Shown piece by piece: positions 1 through 9,225 of a stretch of 45,089 nt of DNA. Position numbers and translations under genes: made by a program. The notes beneath the pieces were generated by a model. That model was not told the DNA's origin, did no database searches, and saw nothing but the letters and a program-made list of their open reading frames with translations. Source of the stretch: a virus (taxonomy: Duplodnaviria; Caudoviricetes); the IMG/VR virus record IMGVR_UViG_3300020381_000857, positions 1 through 45,089 of that record, one strand, 5' to 3'. Each line of letters begins with the position of its first letter. Position 1 is the stretch's first letter.

Positions 1-27
1 TATAATATAGTCAATACATATTAAAAT

Positions 28-432
28 ATGAGTATTCAACTTGCACTACTTAAATCTGGAGAAGAGGTAATTGCTGATATCAAAGAAATTCGTCAAGAAG
101 AAACTGATGTCCTAGTGTCTTATCTTTTTAAAGATCCATATTGTATTAAAATAAAAACATCTCAAGTTCTAGTTGAACAAGAAACTAGACCAAAACATGA
201 ACTTGCATATTACAAATGGATGTCATTATCAAAAGATGATGATATAATTGTAAATAAAGATTGGGTGGTTTCAATTACTGAACCACTTGACACTGTTAAA
301 AAAAACTATGAGGAAAAAGTAAATGGAAGACGATTTGATGATACAGACGGATCAAGCAACGGACGAGATGGTGGAACCAGCCAATCCTATCCAAGTATTA
401 CTCTTAACGAATCAAACGATTCTGATATCTGA
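28..432 (+). CDS. Conserved cyanophage hypothetical protein upstream of gp43 (small beta-rich fold)
   Basis: 134-aa ORF; TATAAT at 1-6 upstream; residue pattern resembles the next ORF. Confidence 0.75.
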   Translation: MSIQLALLKSGEEVIADIKEIRQEETDVLVSYLFKDPYCIKIKTSQVLVEQETRPKHELAYYKWMSLSKDDDIIVNKDWVVSITEPLDTVKKNYEEKVNGRRFDDTDGSSNGRDGGTSQSYPSITLNESNDSDI

Positions 433-631
433 GATTGATGAAGTCTTAGCAGATATTGGTCAACCAGATTGTAAATTAATTAATCCATGTGTTATAGTAG
501 ATGGGAAGGTATCAAAGTGGATACCAGATCTAACATCAAATACTGAGATGTTTATGAGTTCTGATAAGATATTAACATTGGTTGACCCATCAAAACATAT
601 ACTTGAAGAATATAAGAAGATTACTCAATGA
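323..631 (+). CDS. Conserved cyanophage hypothetical protein, probable paralogue of 28..432
   Basis: 102-aa ORF; stop overlaps the gp43 start (ATGA); the true start may lie further downstream. Confidence 0.7.
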   Translation: MEDDLMIQTDQATDEMVEPANPIQVLLLTNQTILISEIDEVLADIGQPDCKLINPCVIVDGKVSKWIPDLTSNTEMFMSSDKILTLVDPSKHILEEYKKITQ

Positions 632-3123
632 GGTTTTATACAAATGTCCATCAAAGGTTTGATGAAATTCTTGTTCGTGGATATGAGAATGGCAAGCATT
701 TTACTGCAAGAGAAACATTTAACCCCACTTTTTATGTACCTTCTAAGAAAGAATCAAAGTATAAAACTCTAGAAGGAGACAGCGTTCAACCAATTAAACC
801 TGGTAAAATATCAGAGTGCAAGGAGTTTATACATAAATATTCTGAGGTGGATAACTTTGATGTTTACGGAAATGACAGATATATCTGTCAATATATCTCC
901 GAAAAATATCCAGAAGAAGAAATCAAATTTGATATTAGTAAGATTAAATTAGTCACGATTGATATTGAGGTTGCAGCTGAAAGTGGATTCCCTGATGTTT
1001 TTAATTGTGCAGAAGAATTACTCGCAATCACTCTACAAGATTATACAACTAAAAAGATAATTTGTTTTGCTTCACGTCCATTCAATAATACGAGAGAAGA
1101 TGTAAGATACGTTCAGTGTACGGATGAATATAATTTAATAGATCGTTTTCTAGAATATTGGCAGACAAATACACCAGAAGTTATTACTGGTTGGAACTGT
1201 GAGTTGTATGATATTCCGTACATTGTAGGACGTATTGAAAGATTGATGGGTGAAAAGAAAGTTCGTAAACTTTCTCCTTGGGGTTATGTAAGAAAAAAAG
1301 ATTTTGTTGTTCAGGGTCGTAAACAAATATCTTGTGAGATGGCTGGTATATCAGTTATTGATTACCTTGATCTCTATCGTAAGTTTACATATACAAACCA
1401 AGAATCATATCGCTTAGATCATATTGCTAATGTTGAACTTGGTAAAAAGAAATTAGACCACTCTGAGTTTGATACCTTCAGAGATTTCTATACAGGTAAT
1501 TGGCAAAAGTTTATTGAATACAACATCATCGACGTAGAACTCGTAGATCAACTCGAAGATAAAATGAAGTTGATTGAACTTTGTCTGACGATGGCATATG
1601 ATGCGAAAGTAAATTATACAGATGTATTCTTTCAAGTGAGAACTTGGGATTCAATCATCTACAATTATTTGAAGAGGAAGAACGTCGTGATTCCTCCGAA
1701 GGTAAGAACAGACAAAGATTCACAATATGCAGGTGCTTATGTTAAGGAACCAATACCTGGTAAGTATGATTGGGTAGTGAGTTTTGACCTTAATAGTCTA
1801 TATCCTCATCTCATTATGCAATATAATATTTCTCCTGAGACATTACTTGAACAGAGGCATCCATCAGTCACAGTTGATAAAATACTTTCCGAAGAAGTAA
1901 CATTTGAAATGTATAAAGATACTGCGGTATGTGCAAATGGTGCAATGTATCGGAAAGACATCAAGGGGTTCTTACCCGAACTGATGGAGAAAATGTATAA
2001 TGAGCGAGTTATCTTCAAGAATAAAATGATTGAGGCAAAGAAAGCTTATGAAAAAACCAAGACAAAAACGTTGGAAAAAGAAATTGCCCGTTGCAACAAT
2101 ATCCAGATGGCAAAGAAGATTTCTCTTAACTCTGCTTATGGTGCTATCGGGAATCAGTATTTTCGGTATTTTAAATTAGCAAATGCGGAAGCAATTACGC
2201 TTTCGGGACAGGTTTCCATTCGTTGGATTGAAAATCGAATGAACCGTAAATTAAATAACATCTTAAAAACGGAGGATATTGATTATGTTATTGCTTCTGA
2301 TACCGATTCCATTTATCTTAATTTGGGCCCTTTTATTGACGCAGTATTCGAAGGCAGAGAGAAGAATGCTGAAGGGGTCGTTGATTTCCTTGATAAGGTG
2401 TGTGAAGTGGAATTTGAAAAATATATTTCTGATTCTTACCAAGCGTTGGCCAACTATGTAAATGCTTATGATCAAAAGATGTTTATGAAAAGAGAGAACA
2501 TTGCAGATCGTGGTATATGGACAGCAAAGAAAAGATACATTTTAAATGTATGGGATAGTGAAGGAGTCAGATATGGGGATGCCAAGTTGAAGATCATGGG
2601 CATTGAAGCAGTCAAGTCATCAACACCTGCACCTTGTCGGACTATGATTAAGGATGGATTGAAAGTGATGATGAGTGGAACTGAAGATGAGATGATAGAT
2701 TATATTGATGGTTGTCGAACTAAATTCAAGTCTCTTCCACCAGAAGATATATCTTTCCCAAGATCTGTTTCCAATGTAGTAAAGTATAAAGGTATCAACA
2801 CAATATATGCAAAAGGAACTCCGATGCACGTTCGTGGTGCATTGTTGTTTAATTATTATGTCAAAGAAAGAAAACTTGATAAGAAGTATGCATACATACA
2901 GAACGGTGAGAAGATAAAGTTCTGTTACTTGAAGAAACCAAATCCTACAAGAGAGAATGTGATTTCATTTATTCAAGATTTTCCAAAGGAACTTGATCTA
3001 GAAAAGTATGTTGATTATGATACTCAATTCGATAAAGCATTTCTTGATCCGATGAAGGCTGTATTGAATGCAATTGGTTGGTCAGATGAAAGAAAGATTA
3101 CTTTAGAAAGTTTTTTCTCCTGA
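628..3123 (+). CDS. gp43: Family B DNA polymerase (T4 gp43-like)
   Basis: Exonuclease motifs DIEV and GWNCELYD; polymerase motifs SFDLNSLYP, KISLNSAYG, ASDTDS, KKRY; C-terminal clamp-binding tail LESFF. Confidence 0.98.
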   Translation: MRFYTNVHQRFDEILVRGYENGKHFTARETFNPTFYVPSKKESKYKTLEGDSVQPIKPGKISECKEFIHKYSEVDNFDVYGNDRYICQYISEKYPEEEIKFDISKIKLVTIDIEVAAESGFPDVFNCAEELLAITLQDYTTKKIICFASRPFNNTREDVRYVQCTDEYNLIDRFLEYWQTNTPEVITGWNCELYDIPYIVGRIERLMGEKKVRKLSPWGYVRKKDFVVQGRKQISCEMAGISVIDYLDLYRKFTYTNQESYRLDHIANVELGKKKLDHSEFDTFRDFYTGNWQKFIEYNIIDVELVDQLEDKMKLIELCLTMAYDAKVNYTDVFFQVRTWDSIIYNYLKRKNVVIPPKVRTDKDSQYAGAYVKEPIPGKYDWVVSFDLNSLYPHLIMQYNISPETLLEQRHPSVTVDKILSEEVTFEMYKDTAVCANGAMYRKDIKGFLPELMEKMYNERVIFKNKMIEAKKAYEKTKTKTLEKEIARCNNIQMAKKISLNSAYGAIGNQYFRYFKLANAEAITLSGQVSIRWIENRMNRKLNNILKTEDIDYVIASDTDSIYLNLGPFIDAVFEGREKNAEGVVDFLDKVCEVEFEKYISDSYQALANYVNAYDQKMFMKRENIADRGIWTAKKRYILNVWDSEGVRYGDAKLKIMGIEAVKSSTPAPCRTMIKDGLKVMMSGTEDEMIDYIDGCRTKFKSLPPEDISFPRSVSNVVKYKGINTIYAKGTPMHVRGALLFNYYVKERKLDKKYAYIQNGEKIKFCYLKKPNPTRENVISFIQDFPKELDLEKYVDYDTQFDKAFLDPMKAVLNAIGWSDERKITLESFFS

Positions 3124-3152
3124 TTGCCAAAAGTAAAATAAGGTGTTATAAT
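3124..3152 (+). promoter_or_regulatory. Sigma70-like early promoter
   Basis: TTGCCA-17 nt-TATAAT with a TG extended -10. Confidence 0.75.
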
Positions 3153-3173
3153 AAGATTACTTAAACTTTTATC

Positions 3174-3365
3174 ATGGATTTACCAATCAACAACGAAGAA
3201 TTACAAGAGTTGATGGATGCATTAAATGAATCAATGCATCCAGATGCAATGAAAAGGCAATTTCGTAATGAATTACATAGAAAGTTGAGACTCACTAAAT
3301 TCTTGATAGAAGAAGGGTATCCTCATAAAAAGGTATTAAGAGAAGTATTCGACATTGTGGCATAG
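3174..3365 (+). CDS. Small hypothetical protein
   Basis: 63-aa ORF directly after a promoter and abutting uvsX. Confidence 0.7.
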   Translation: MDLPINNEELQELMDALNESMHPDAMKRQFRNELHRKLRLTKFLIEEGYPHKKVLREVFDIVA

Positions 3366-3366
3366 T

Positions 3367-4374
3367 ATGAATTTTTTAAAAGAAATAGTAAAAGAGATCG
3401 GGGATGACTACACCCAAATTGCGTCAGAAATTAATGAAACTGAAAGATTCATTGATACAGGAAGTTATATTTTTAATGCGGTTGTCTCTGGTTCCATTTA
3501 TGGTGGCGTTTCTAGTAATAAGATTACTGCCATTGCTGGCGAAAGCAGTACTGGAAAAACTTATTTTTCCCTTGCTGTTGTCAAGAACTTTTTGGACACT
3601 AACCCTGATGGGTATTGTCTCTATTTTGACACTGAAGCAGCAGTCAATCGAGGACTATTGGAGTCTCGTGGAGTTGATACGACACGGTTGGTTGTTGTAA
3701 ATGTCGTAACAATTGAAGAGTTTAGACAGAAAGCATTAAAGGCAGTTGATATATACCTTAAAACAGATGAAGAGAATCGCAAGCCTTGTATGTTTGTATT
3801 AGATTCTTTAGGTATGCTTTCCACAGAGAAAGAAATAAATGATGCATTAAATGATAAACAAGTTCGTGACATGACTAAATCACAACTTGTCAAAGGTGCA
3901 TTCCGTATGCTTACTCTCAAGTTAGGTCAAGCAAATATTCCACTTATAGTTACAAATCACACTTATGATGTCATCGGAGCTTATGTACCAACTAAAGAAA
4001 TGGGAGGGGGTAGTGGACTCAAATATGCAGCGTCTACAATCATTTATCTCAGCAAGAAAAAAGAAAAGGATGGCAAGGAAGTTATCGGAAACATTATCAA
4101 AGCAAAGACTCATAAATCACGTCTAAGTAAAGAGAATAAAGTTGTTGAGATTCGTTTGTATTATGATGAACGAGGTCTTGATAAGTATTATGGTCTTCTT
4201 GATTTGGGAGAGGTTGGTGGATTATGGAAGAATGTAGCAGGTAGATATGAAATGAATGGTAAGAAAGTCTATGCAAAAGAAATATATAAGAATCCTGACA
4301 AATATTTTACTGATGATATAATGAAGAAGTTAAACGATATTGCTGTTGAAGAGTATAGTTATGGTTCCTTATAG
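3367..4374 (+). CDS. uvsX: RecA-like recombinase UvsX
   Basis: Walker A GESSTGKT, YFDTE, VLDSLG, GGGSGLKYAAS; ATG at 3367 preferred over GTG at 3355. Confidence 0.96.
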   Translation: MNFLKEIVKEIGDDYTQIASEINETERFIDTGSYIFNAVVSGSIYGGVSSNKITAIAGESSTGKTYFSLAVVKNFLDTNPDGYCLYFDTEAAVNRGLLESRGVDTTRLVVVNVVTIEEFRQKALKAVDIYLKTDEENRKPCMFVLDSLGMLSTEKEINDALNDKQVRDMTKSQLVKGAFRMLTLKLGQANIPLIVTNHTYDVIGAYVPTKEMGGGSGLKYAASTIIYLSKKKEKDGKEVIGNIIKAKTHKSRLSKENKVVEIRLYYDERGLDKYYGLLDLGEVGGLWKNVAGRYEMNGKKVYAKEIYKNPDKYFTDDIMKKLNDIAVEEYSYGSL

Positions 4375-4897
4375 TTATAATATATTACCAATAAATTTGT
4401 GTGATTACTTAATTAATGTTTATGAAACAAATTCTGATAATCATGAAAGAGTTGATAAGGACTCAAAACCAACATTCACACAGTTAAATTTAAATAGATA
4501 TCATCCTAAAGTTATATCAAATCTTTGTAATTATTTTTCTATGGCATTAGATAATTACAAAAAAGATATACCATCAGCAAAATATTTACCCGAAGTTAAA
4601 TATCTTGAAGAGTTTAGAATCAAAAAATATAAAGTTGGTGGAGTAGATCGTTTTGATGAACACGTTGATATCATTGATCACAAATCAGCTAAGAGATGCC
4701 TTGCAATGTTATTTTATTTGAATGATGTTAATGAAGGTGGTAAAACTATTTTCCCTTATCAGGATAAATCATTTACTCCAGTCAAGGGATCTGTTATAAT
4801 ATTTCCACCAACATGGGAATATCCACATTTGGGAGAACCACCTATAAGTAGTCCCAAATATATTATGAGCACTTATTTGCATTATGGAACGAATTGA
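4361..4897 (+). CDS. 2OG-Fe(II) oxygenase (prolyl-hydroxylase-like)
   Basis: HxD (EHVD), YLND..EGGKT, distal His (YPH), basic residue in KYIMS. Confidence 0.88.
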   Translation: MVPYSYNILPINLCDYLINVYETNSDNHERVDKDSKPTFTQLNLNRYHPKVISNLCNYFSMALDNYKKDIPSAKYLPEVKYLEEFRIKKYKVGGVDRFDEHVDIIDHKSAKRCLAMLFYLNDVNEGGKTIFPYQDKSFTPVKGSVIIFPPTWEYPHLGEPPISSPKYIMSTYLHYGTN

Positions 4898-6263
4898 AAC
4901 TACAATTCTAAAAAACTTAATAATCAATGAAGAGTATTCCAGAAAGGTATTACCTTTCATTAAAGGTGAATACTTTGAAAGTCTTCATGAGAAAGTAACA
5001 TTTGAAGAGATTGCTAAATTTATTATTGAGTATAATAATCTTCCAACTAAAGAAGCAATTATTATTGAATCAGAAAAGAGAACAGATATAAGTGATGAAG
5101 GATTTAAAGATATAAGTAATTTAGTAACAGAATTAAATGAAGAGAAAAGCGACCTTCAATGGTTGTTTGATACCACAGAAAAATGGTGTAGAGATCGTGC
5201 TATCTATCTCGCACTTGTTGAATCAATTAGTATATCTGATGGTAATACAGAAAAGAAAAAAACTAGAGATGCGATTCCCTCAATATTATCAGAGGCATTA
5301 GCAGTTAGTTTTGATAATAATGTTGGACACGATTATTTACAAGACTATGAAGAAAGATACAAATACTATCATCAAAAGGAAACTCGAATTCAATTCGACC
5401 TCGATTTTTTCAATAAGATTACGAAGGGTGGTCTTCCTAATAAAACACTCAATATTGCTCTTGCTGGCACTGGTGTTGGTAAGTCTTTGTTTATGTGTCA
5501 TGTCGCAAGCAGTGTGTTACTCCAAGGGAAGAACGTATTATACATCACGCTTGAGATGGCTGAGGAGAAAATTGCAGAGAGAATTGATGCTAATTTATTA
5601 AATGTTCCAATTCAACAATTGATTGATTTACCAGAAATGATGTTTGAAAATAAGGTAACTAATATTGCAAAGAAGACACAAGGTACATTAATTATTAAAG
5701 AATATCCAACTGCATCAGCACACTCAGGACACTTCAAAGCACTACTCAATGAACTTGCACTTAAGAAGTCATTTAAACCAGATATTATTTTTATTGACTA
5801 TCTAAATATCTGTGCATCAAGTAGATATCGGGCAAATTCCAATGTCAATTCTTACTCGTATATTAAAGCGATTGCAGAAGAACTCCGTGGTCTTGCAGTT
5901 GAGACTAATGTACCTATCGTCTCCGCTACTCAGACGACTCGCTCTGGCTATGGTAATAGTGATGTCGATCTTACTGACACAAGTGAGTCCTTCGGTTTAC
6001 CTGCCACTGCTGATCTTATGTTTGCTCTTATTAGTACGGAAGAACTTGAGGAACAGGGGCAGATAATGGTCAAGCAATTGAAGAATCGTTATCATGATCC
6101 AACTTTAAATAAGAGATTTGTGATAGGTGTAGATCGTGCAAAGATGAAATTGTATGATTGTGAACAACAGGCACAAAATGATATTGTTGACAGTGGACAA
6201 GAAGTGGAGTATAATTCTGATAAGAGCAAAATGCTCAGTAAATTTGACGCATTAAAATTCTAA
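4884..6263 (+). CDS. gp41: Replicative DnaB-like helicase (T4 gp41)
   Basis: Walker A AGTGVGKS, ITLEM, IDYLN, SATQTTR, SESFGLPATAD, KNR. Confidence 0.97.
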   Translation: MERIETTILKNLIINEEYSRKVLPFIKGEYFESLHEKVTFEEIAKFIIEYNNLPTKEAIIIESEKRTDISDEGFKDISNLVTELNEEKSDLQWLFDTTEKWCRDRAIYLALVESISISDGNTEKKKTRDAIPSILSEALAVSFDNNVGHDYLQDYEERYKYYHQKETRIQFDLDFFNKITKGGLPNKTLNIALAGTGVGKSLFMCHVASSVLLQGKNVLYITLEMAEEKIAERIDANLLNVPIQQLIDLPEMMFENKVTNIAKKTQGTLIIKEYPTASAHSGHFKALLNELALKKSFKPDIIFIDYLNICASSRYRANSNVNSYSYIKAIAEELRGLAVETNVPIVSATQTTRSGYGNSDVDLTDTSESFGLPATADLMFALISTEELEEQGQIMVKQLKNRYHDPTLNKRFVIGVDRAKMKLYDCEQQAQNDIVDSGQEVEYNSDKSKMLSKFDALKF

Positions 6264-6265
6264 TT

Positions 6266-6727
6266 ATGTCTGGAGACTACAACACACACAACGATCAACA
6301 ACCAAATATAAATTACACTGATAATAAAGTTGACCTCAACAAATACGCTATATTCGTGGATGGTGTCACATCCGATCCCAGTAAGGATTATCAATCTTTC
6401 CTTGAGAGTCTTAGTGCCCTTGACGGAAAAGGTGCCAATATTCACAGGCTTCTTACTGCTGCTGTTGGGATTAGTGCTGAAGGTGGTGAGTTTATGGAGA
6501 TCGTTAAGAAAGTTATTTTCCAAGGAAAACCTTGGAACGATGATAATCGTGAGCACCTTGTTATTGAGTTGGGTGATGTTTGTTGGTACGTCATGCAGGC
6601 TTGTGCTGCCTTAAATGTAACTCTTGATGAAGTAATAGAAGGTAACGTAAATAAATTAAAGAAAAGATATCCTGGTGGAGATTTTGATGTTCACTATTCG
6701 GAGAACCGTGCAGCAGATGATAGATGA
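6266..6727 (+). CDS. mazG: MazG-like nucleotide pyrophosphohydrolase
   Basis: AEGGEFMEIVKK and ELGDVCWY (ExxE...ExxD) motifs; usual position after gp41 in cyanomyoviruses. Confidence 0.9.
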   Translation: MSGDYNTHNDQQPNINYTDNKVDLNKYAIFVDGVTSDPSKDYQSFLESLSALDGKGANIHRLLTAAVGISAEGGEFMEIVKKVIFQGKPWNDDNREHLVIELGDVCWYVMQACAALNVTLDEVIEGNVNKLKKRYPGGDFDVHYSENRAADDR

Positions 6728-6864
6728 ATATGATTACTGTATATGAGGAGCATATTAAAACTCTAGAAAAAGAAAACAAAAGTTTAAAAGCACAAGTTCA
6801 ATTTTTAAAAGAACAACTAGCATATAAAACTTTTGGTAAACCAACACACGAAGACAACAAATGA
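6724..6864 (+). CDS. Small coiled-coil-like hypothetical protein (46 aa, not in ORF track)
   Basis: MNMITVYEEHIKTLEKENKSLKAQVQFLKEQLAYKTFGKPTHEDNK; ATGA overlaps at both ends. Confidence 0.7.
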   Translation: MNMITVYEEHIKTLEKENKSLKAQVQFLKEQLAYKTFGKPTHEDNK

Positions 6865-7085
6865 AAACTACTGAAAATTATGAACAACTTTTAGCAAGAT
6901 TTACGAAAAGAATTAAACAAGTAGATCCAGAAGATAAAGAAAGAGTATCATATCTTAAGGGATGTATTGACACTGTTGAGTATTTGATGACTGGTAGATT
7001 ACCAAGAGATGGTAATCATGATGGCATGAAGGATCATTCTCCATCTCATAGTCATGTTCGTAGAGACTTAGGTTCACTTGACTAA
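6861..7085 (+). CDS. Hypothetical protein
   Basis: 74-aa ORF, translationally coupled to the previous ORF. Confidence 0.7.
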   Translation: MKTTENYEQLLARFTKRIKQVDPEDKERVSYLKGCIDTVEYLMTGRLPRDGNHDGMKDHSPSHSHVRRDLGSLD

Positions 7086-7108
7086 ATAGGTATACTTACT
7101 ATCAGATT

Positions 7109-7336
7109 ATGAGAGAACAGATTATTAATGCTTTAATTGCACATGCTCACGGTGATATTGCAAAGCACAAGGCTAACGTAGAAGTATATTTGACAAATCC
7201 AGTTGGTATCGGAGAACATTCAAATGTGCTAGAAGCAATTGAACAAGAATTAAATATGATTGCAAAATATCATGATCAGATAGAGGTTCTGAGCAAATAT
7301 TTTAAAAAGAAAAATGACGAACAATCAGTCGGATAA
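7109..7336 (+). CDS. Conserved cyanophage hypothetical protein
   Basis: 75-aa ORF with NPVGIGEH motif; CTAAATA late-promoter-like box at 7082-7088. Confidence 0.75.
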   Translation: MREQIINALIAHAHGDIAKHKANVEVYLTNPVGIGEHSNVLEAIEQELNMIAKYHDQIEVLSKYFKKKNDEQSVG

Positions 7337-7460
7337 ACATACAGCAAAAAAAATAATTAAGATATATAAAAAGAAACCTAGTCTTTACAGCGAGGCAGAT
7401 GTAATGTACGCTAAGATGGTTAGGAAGATTTATAAGAAAAAGAAAAAAACTAATGGCTGA
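7314..7460 (+). CDS. Small basic hypothetical protein (48 aa, not in ORF track)
   Basis: MTNNQSDKHTAKKIIKIYKKKPSLYSEADVMYAKMVRKIYKKKKKTNG fills the gap between neighbours. Confidence 0.55.
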   Translation: MTNNQSDKHTAKKIIKIYKKKPSLYSEADVMYAKMVRKIYKKKKKTNG

Positions 7461-8604
7461 GTTAACTAAGTCAGATCTCTCTAAAAGAGGAAATGATGAA
7501 ACTCTTATTAATAAATTTTTCGGTCAGCAAGGATTGGTGGATACTTTTTTGCATAAAGATGGGCAGTTTAAACCTACTGCAATTGTATTTGAAGAAAATA
7601 ATAATCAAATAGATGCGTTTGAAGATAATCAAAATAATAGATCAAGTGAAGCATTATCTAGAGTAAAGAATATATTAGAGAGAAACCAACGTTCCGATAA
7701 AATTTTATTTACTGGTAAATTTTTAAACACCAATAAAATTAAAACTGTTCCTTTAACTGAAATGGTAAAGACGGAGGAATTTGGTGGACAAGTTGGTGGT
7801 AAGAAAATTAATTTGGGAATAAAATTTGAAAAAGATTTTTATGAAAGTTTAATATGTGAGTTGGGATGTTCAAGTACAAGCACGAAGTATGCAAAAGATG
7901 CAAAGAAACTAATAGAAGCAGTTGGAAAAGTAAAGAAATCTGGTTTTTCAGAAGTTAAAGCTGTAGGTGGTAAAAATAAACCAAGACCACTTTCGTACAG
8001 TAGTGGTTTATATGTATCTGCAGGTGGGAAAAAAACTAAAGACATAGGAAGTACAATAACAGATATTACAACTAAATTTGGTGGAAAGGATGAGGTTTAT
8101 CTTTCTTTGAAATTTGGTGATACTTTGACTTTCATTAACTCTGGTGTTGGTAAAATATTTGCAGTAAATGATTACAAAAAGAATTTTGACAATTACAAAA
8201 ATCCAATAGGTAGAGAAATTTTTAATATGTTTGCAATAGATAAGGTAGAGTTTGCAAATATTTTCAATAACTACGGTAAGTATAAAGGAAAGAAAGTTGA
8301 TGTAACTGGTAAATGTAATAAAAGAAGTATTGAAAATTTATTACAATATGCGATTGGGTATGGGTATTGGATGGTTCATGCAAAAGGAAATAAGTTGGAT
8401 ATGTTTCAAGTAACTGAATCATATATGAAAAAATCAGCAAAATTAACAGGTCGTGTAGTACTAAATTATGGTGGTGCTAGGGGCTCTGGAAAGAGATTAG
8501 ATATTCATTGCGAGAGTAATAATTATAAGTTCATGTTTAACTTAAGAAATAAACAATCTGGTCTATATCCTTCACATATAATGTGTGATTATAAAAAGAA
8601 ATAA
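7453..8604 (+). CDS. Hypothetical protein, possible restriction-endonuclease-like PD-(D/E)xK fold
   Basis: 383 aa, basic; GIKFE...ITDIT...YLSLKFG pattern resembles a divergent PD-(D/E)xK core. Confidence 0.55.
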   Translation: MAELTKSDLSKRGNDETLINKFFGQQGLVDTFLHKDGQFKPTAIVFEENNNQIDAFEDNQNNRSSEALSRVKNILERNQRSDKILFTGKFLNTNKIKTVPLTEMVKTEEFGGQVGGKKINLGIKFEKDFYESLICELGCSSTSTKYAKDAKKLIEAVGKVKKSGFSEVKAVGGKNKPRPLSYSSGLYVSAGGKKTKDIGSTITDITTKFGGKDEVYLSLKFGDTLTFINSGVGKIFAVNDYKKNFDNYKNPIGREIFNMFAIDKVEFANIFNNYGKYKGKKVDVTGKCNKRSIENLLQYAIGYGYWMVHAKGNKLDMFQVTESYMKKSAKLTGRVVLNYGGARGSGKRLDIHCESNNYKFMFNLRNKQSGLYPSHIMCDYKKK

Positions 8605-8607
8605 ATA
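8600..8607 (+). promoter_or_regulatory. T4-type late promoter
   Basis: AATAAATA just upstream of the 8629 ATG. Confidence 0.6.
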
Positions 8608-8628
8608 AAAGAAAAAGTGTCTGGAAAA

Positions 8629-9225
8629 ATGGATCTTAAATCAATTACTGAAGCATATCAATCTGTACAAGAAAAGAAATTAGACCCAGTTGGTAAAGAA
8701 GATGGGGATGTGGATAACGATGGAGATAAAGATAGTTCTGATTCTTATCTTATGAAACGTCGTAAGGCAATTGGAAAAGCAATGAAAAAAGAGGAAATAG
8801 AAAAAGAAGAAGAAACAGCAGTTGCCGAGCATCATCAAAAAGATGCTGATGGTAAAGTAATTGAGCATGATGACACTACACCGAGTTCAGTTGAAGAGCA
8901 GACAGTTCTTTCACAACTTAGTGAGAATGGTAGAGGAATTGATGAATTCGAAGCAGTAGTTTCATATTTAATTGATGAAGGTCTTTCTAATACTTGGGAA
9001 GAAGCACAAAAAATTATGGGAACTTTAAAATCAGAATTAGTAGAAGAGATTTATCAAAATCAACTTTGGACTCTTTTTGATGAAAATTATCATGCAATGA
9101 GAAATCCTGAAAAGTATGAAGAGAAACCATACAAAGAGAAATCAAAGAAAGAAAGAATGGCAGATCCAAAGAGAGGAATCAACTCTCCTGCATTCAAAGA
9201 GTTCATGCGTAAACAGGGAATGTAA
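8629..9225 (+). CDS. Glu/Lys-rich probable internal virion protein
   Basis: Late promoter; N-terminus MDLKSITEAY; DGDVDNDGDKDSSD Ca-binding-like loop; 35-aa module shared with the next ORF. Confidence 0.65.
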   Translation: MDLKSITEAYQSVQEKKLDPVGKEDGDVDNDGDKDSSDSYLMKRRKAIGKAMKKEEIEKEEETAVAEHHQKDADGKVIEHDDTTPSSVEEQTVLSQLSENGRGIDEFEAVVSYLIDEGLSNTWEEAQKIMGTLKSELVEEIYQNQLWTLFDENYHAMRNPEKYEEKPYKEKSKKERMADPKRGINSPAFKEFMRKQGM

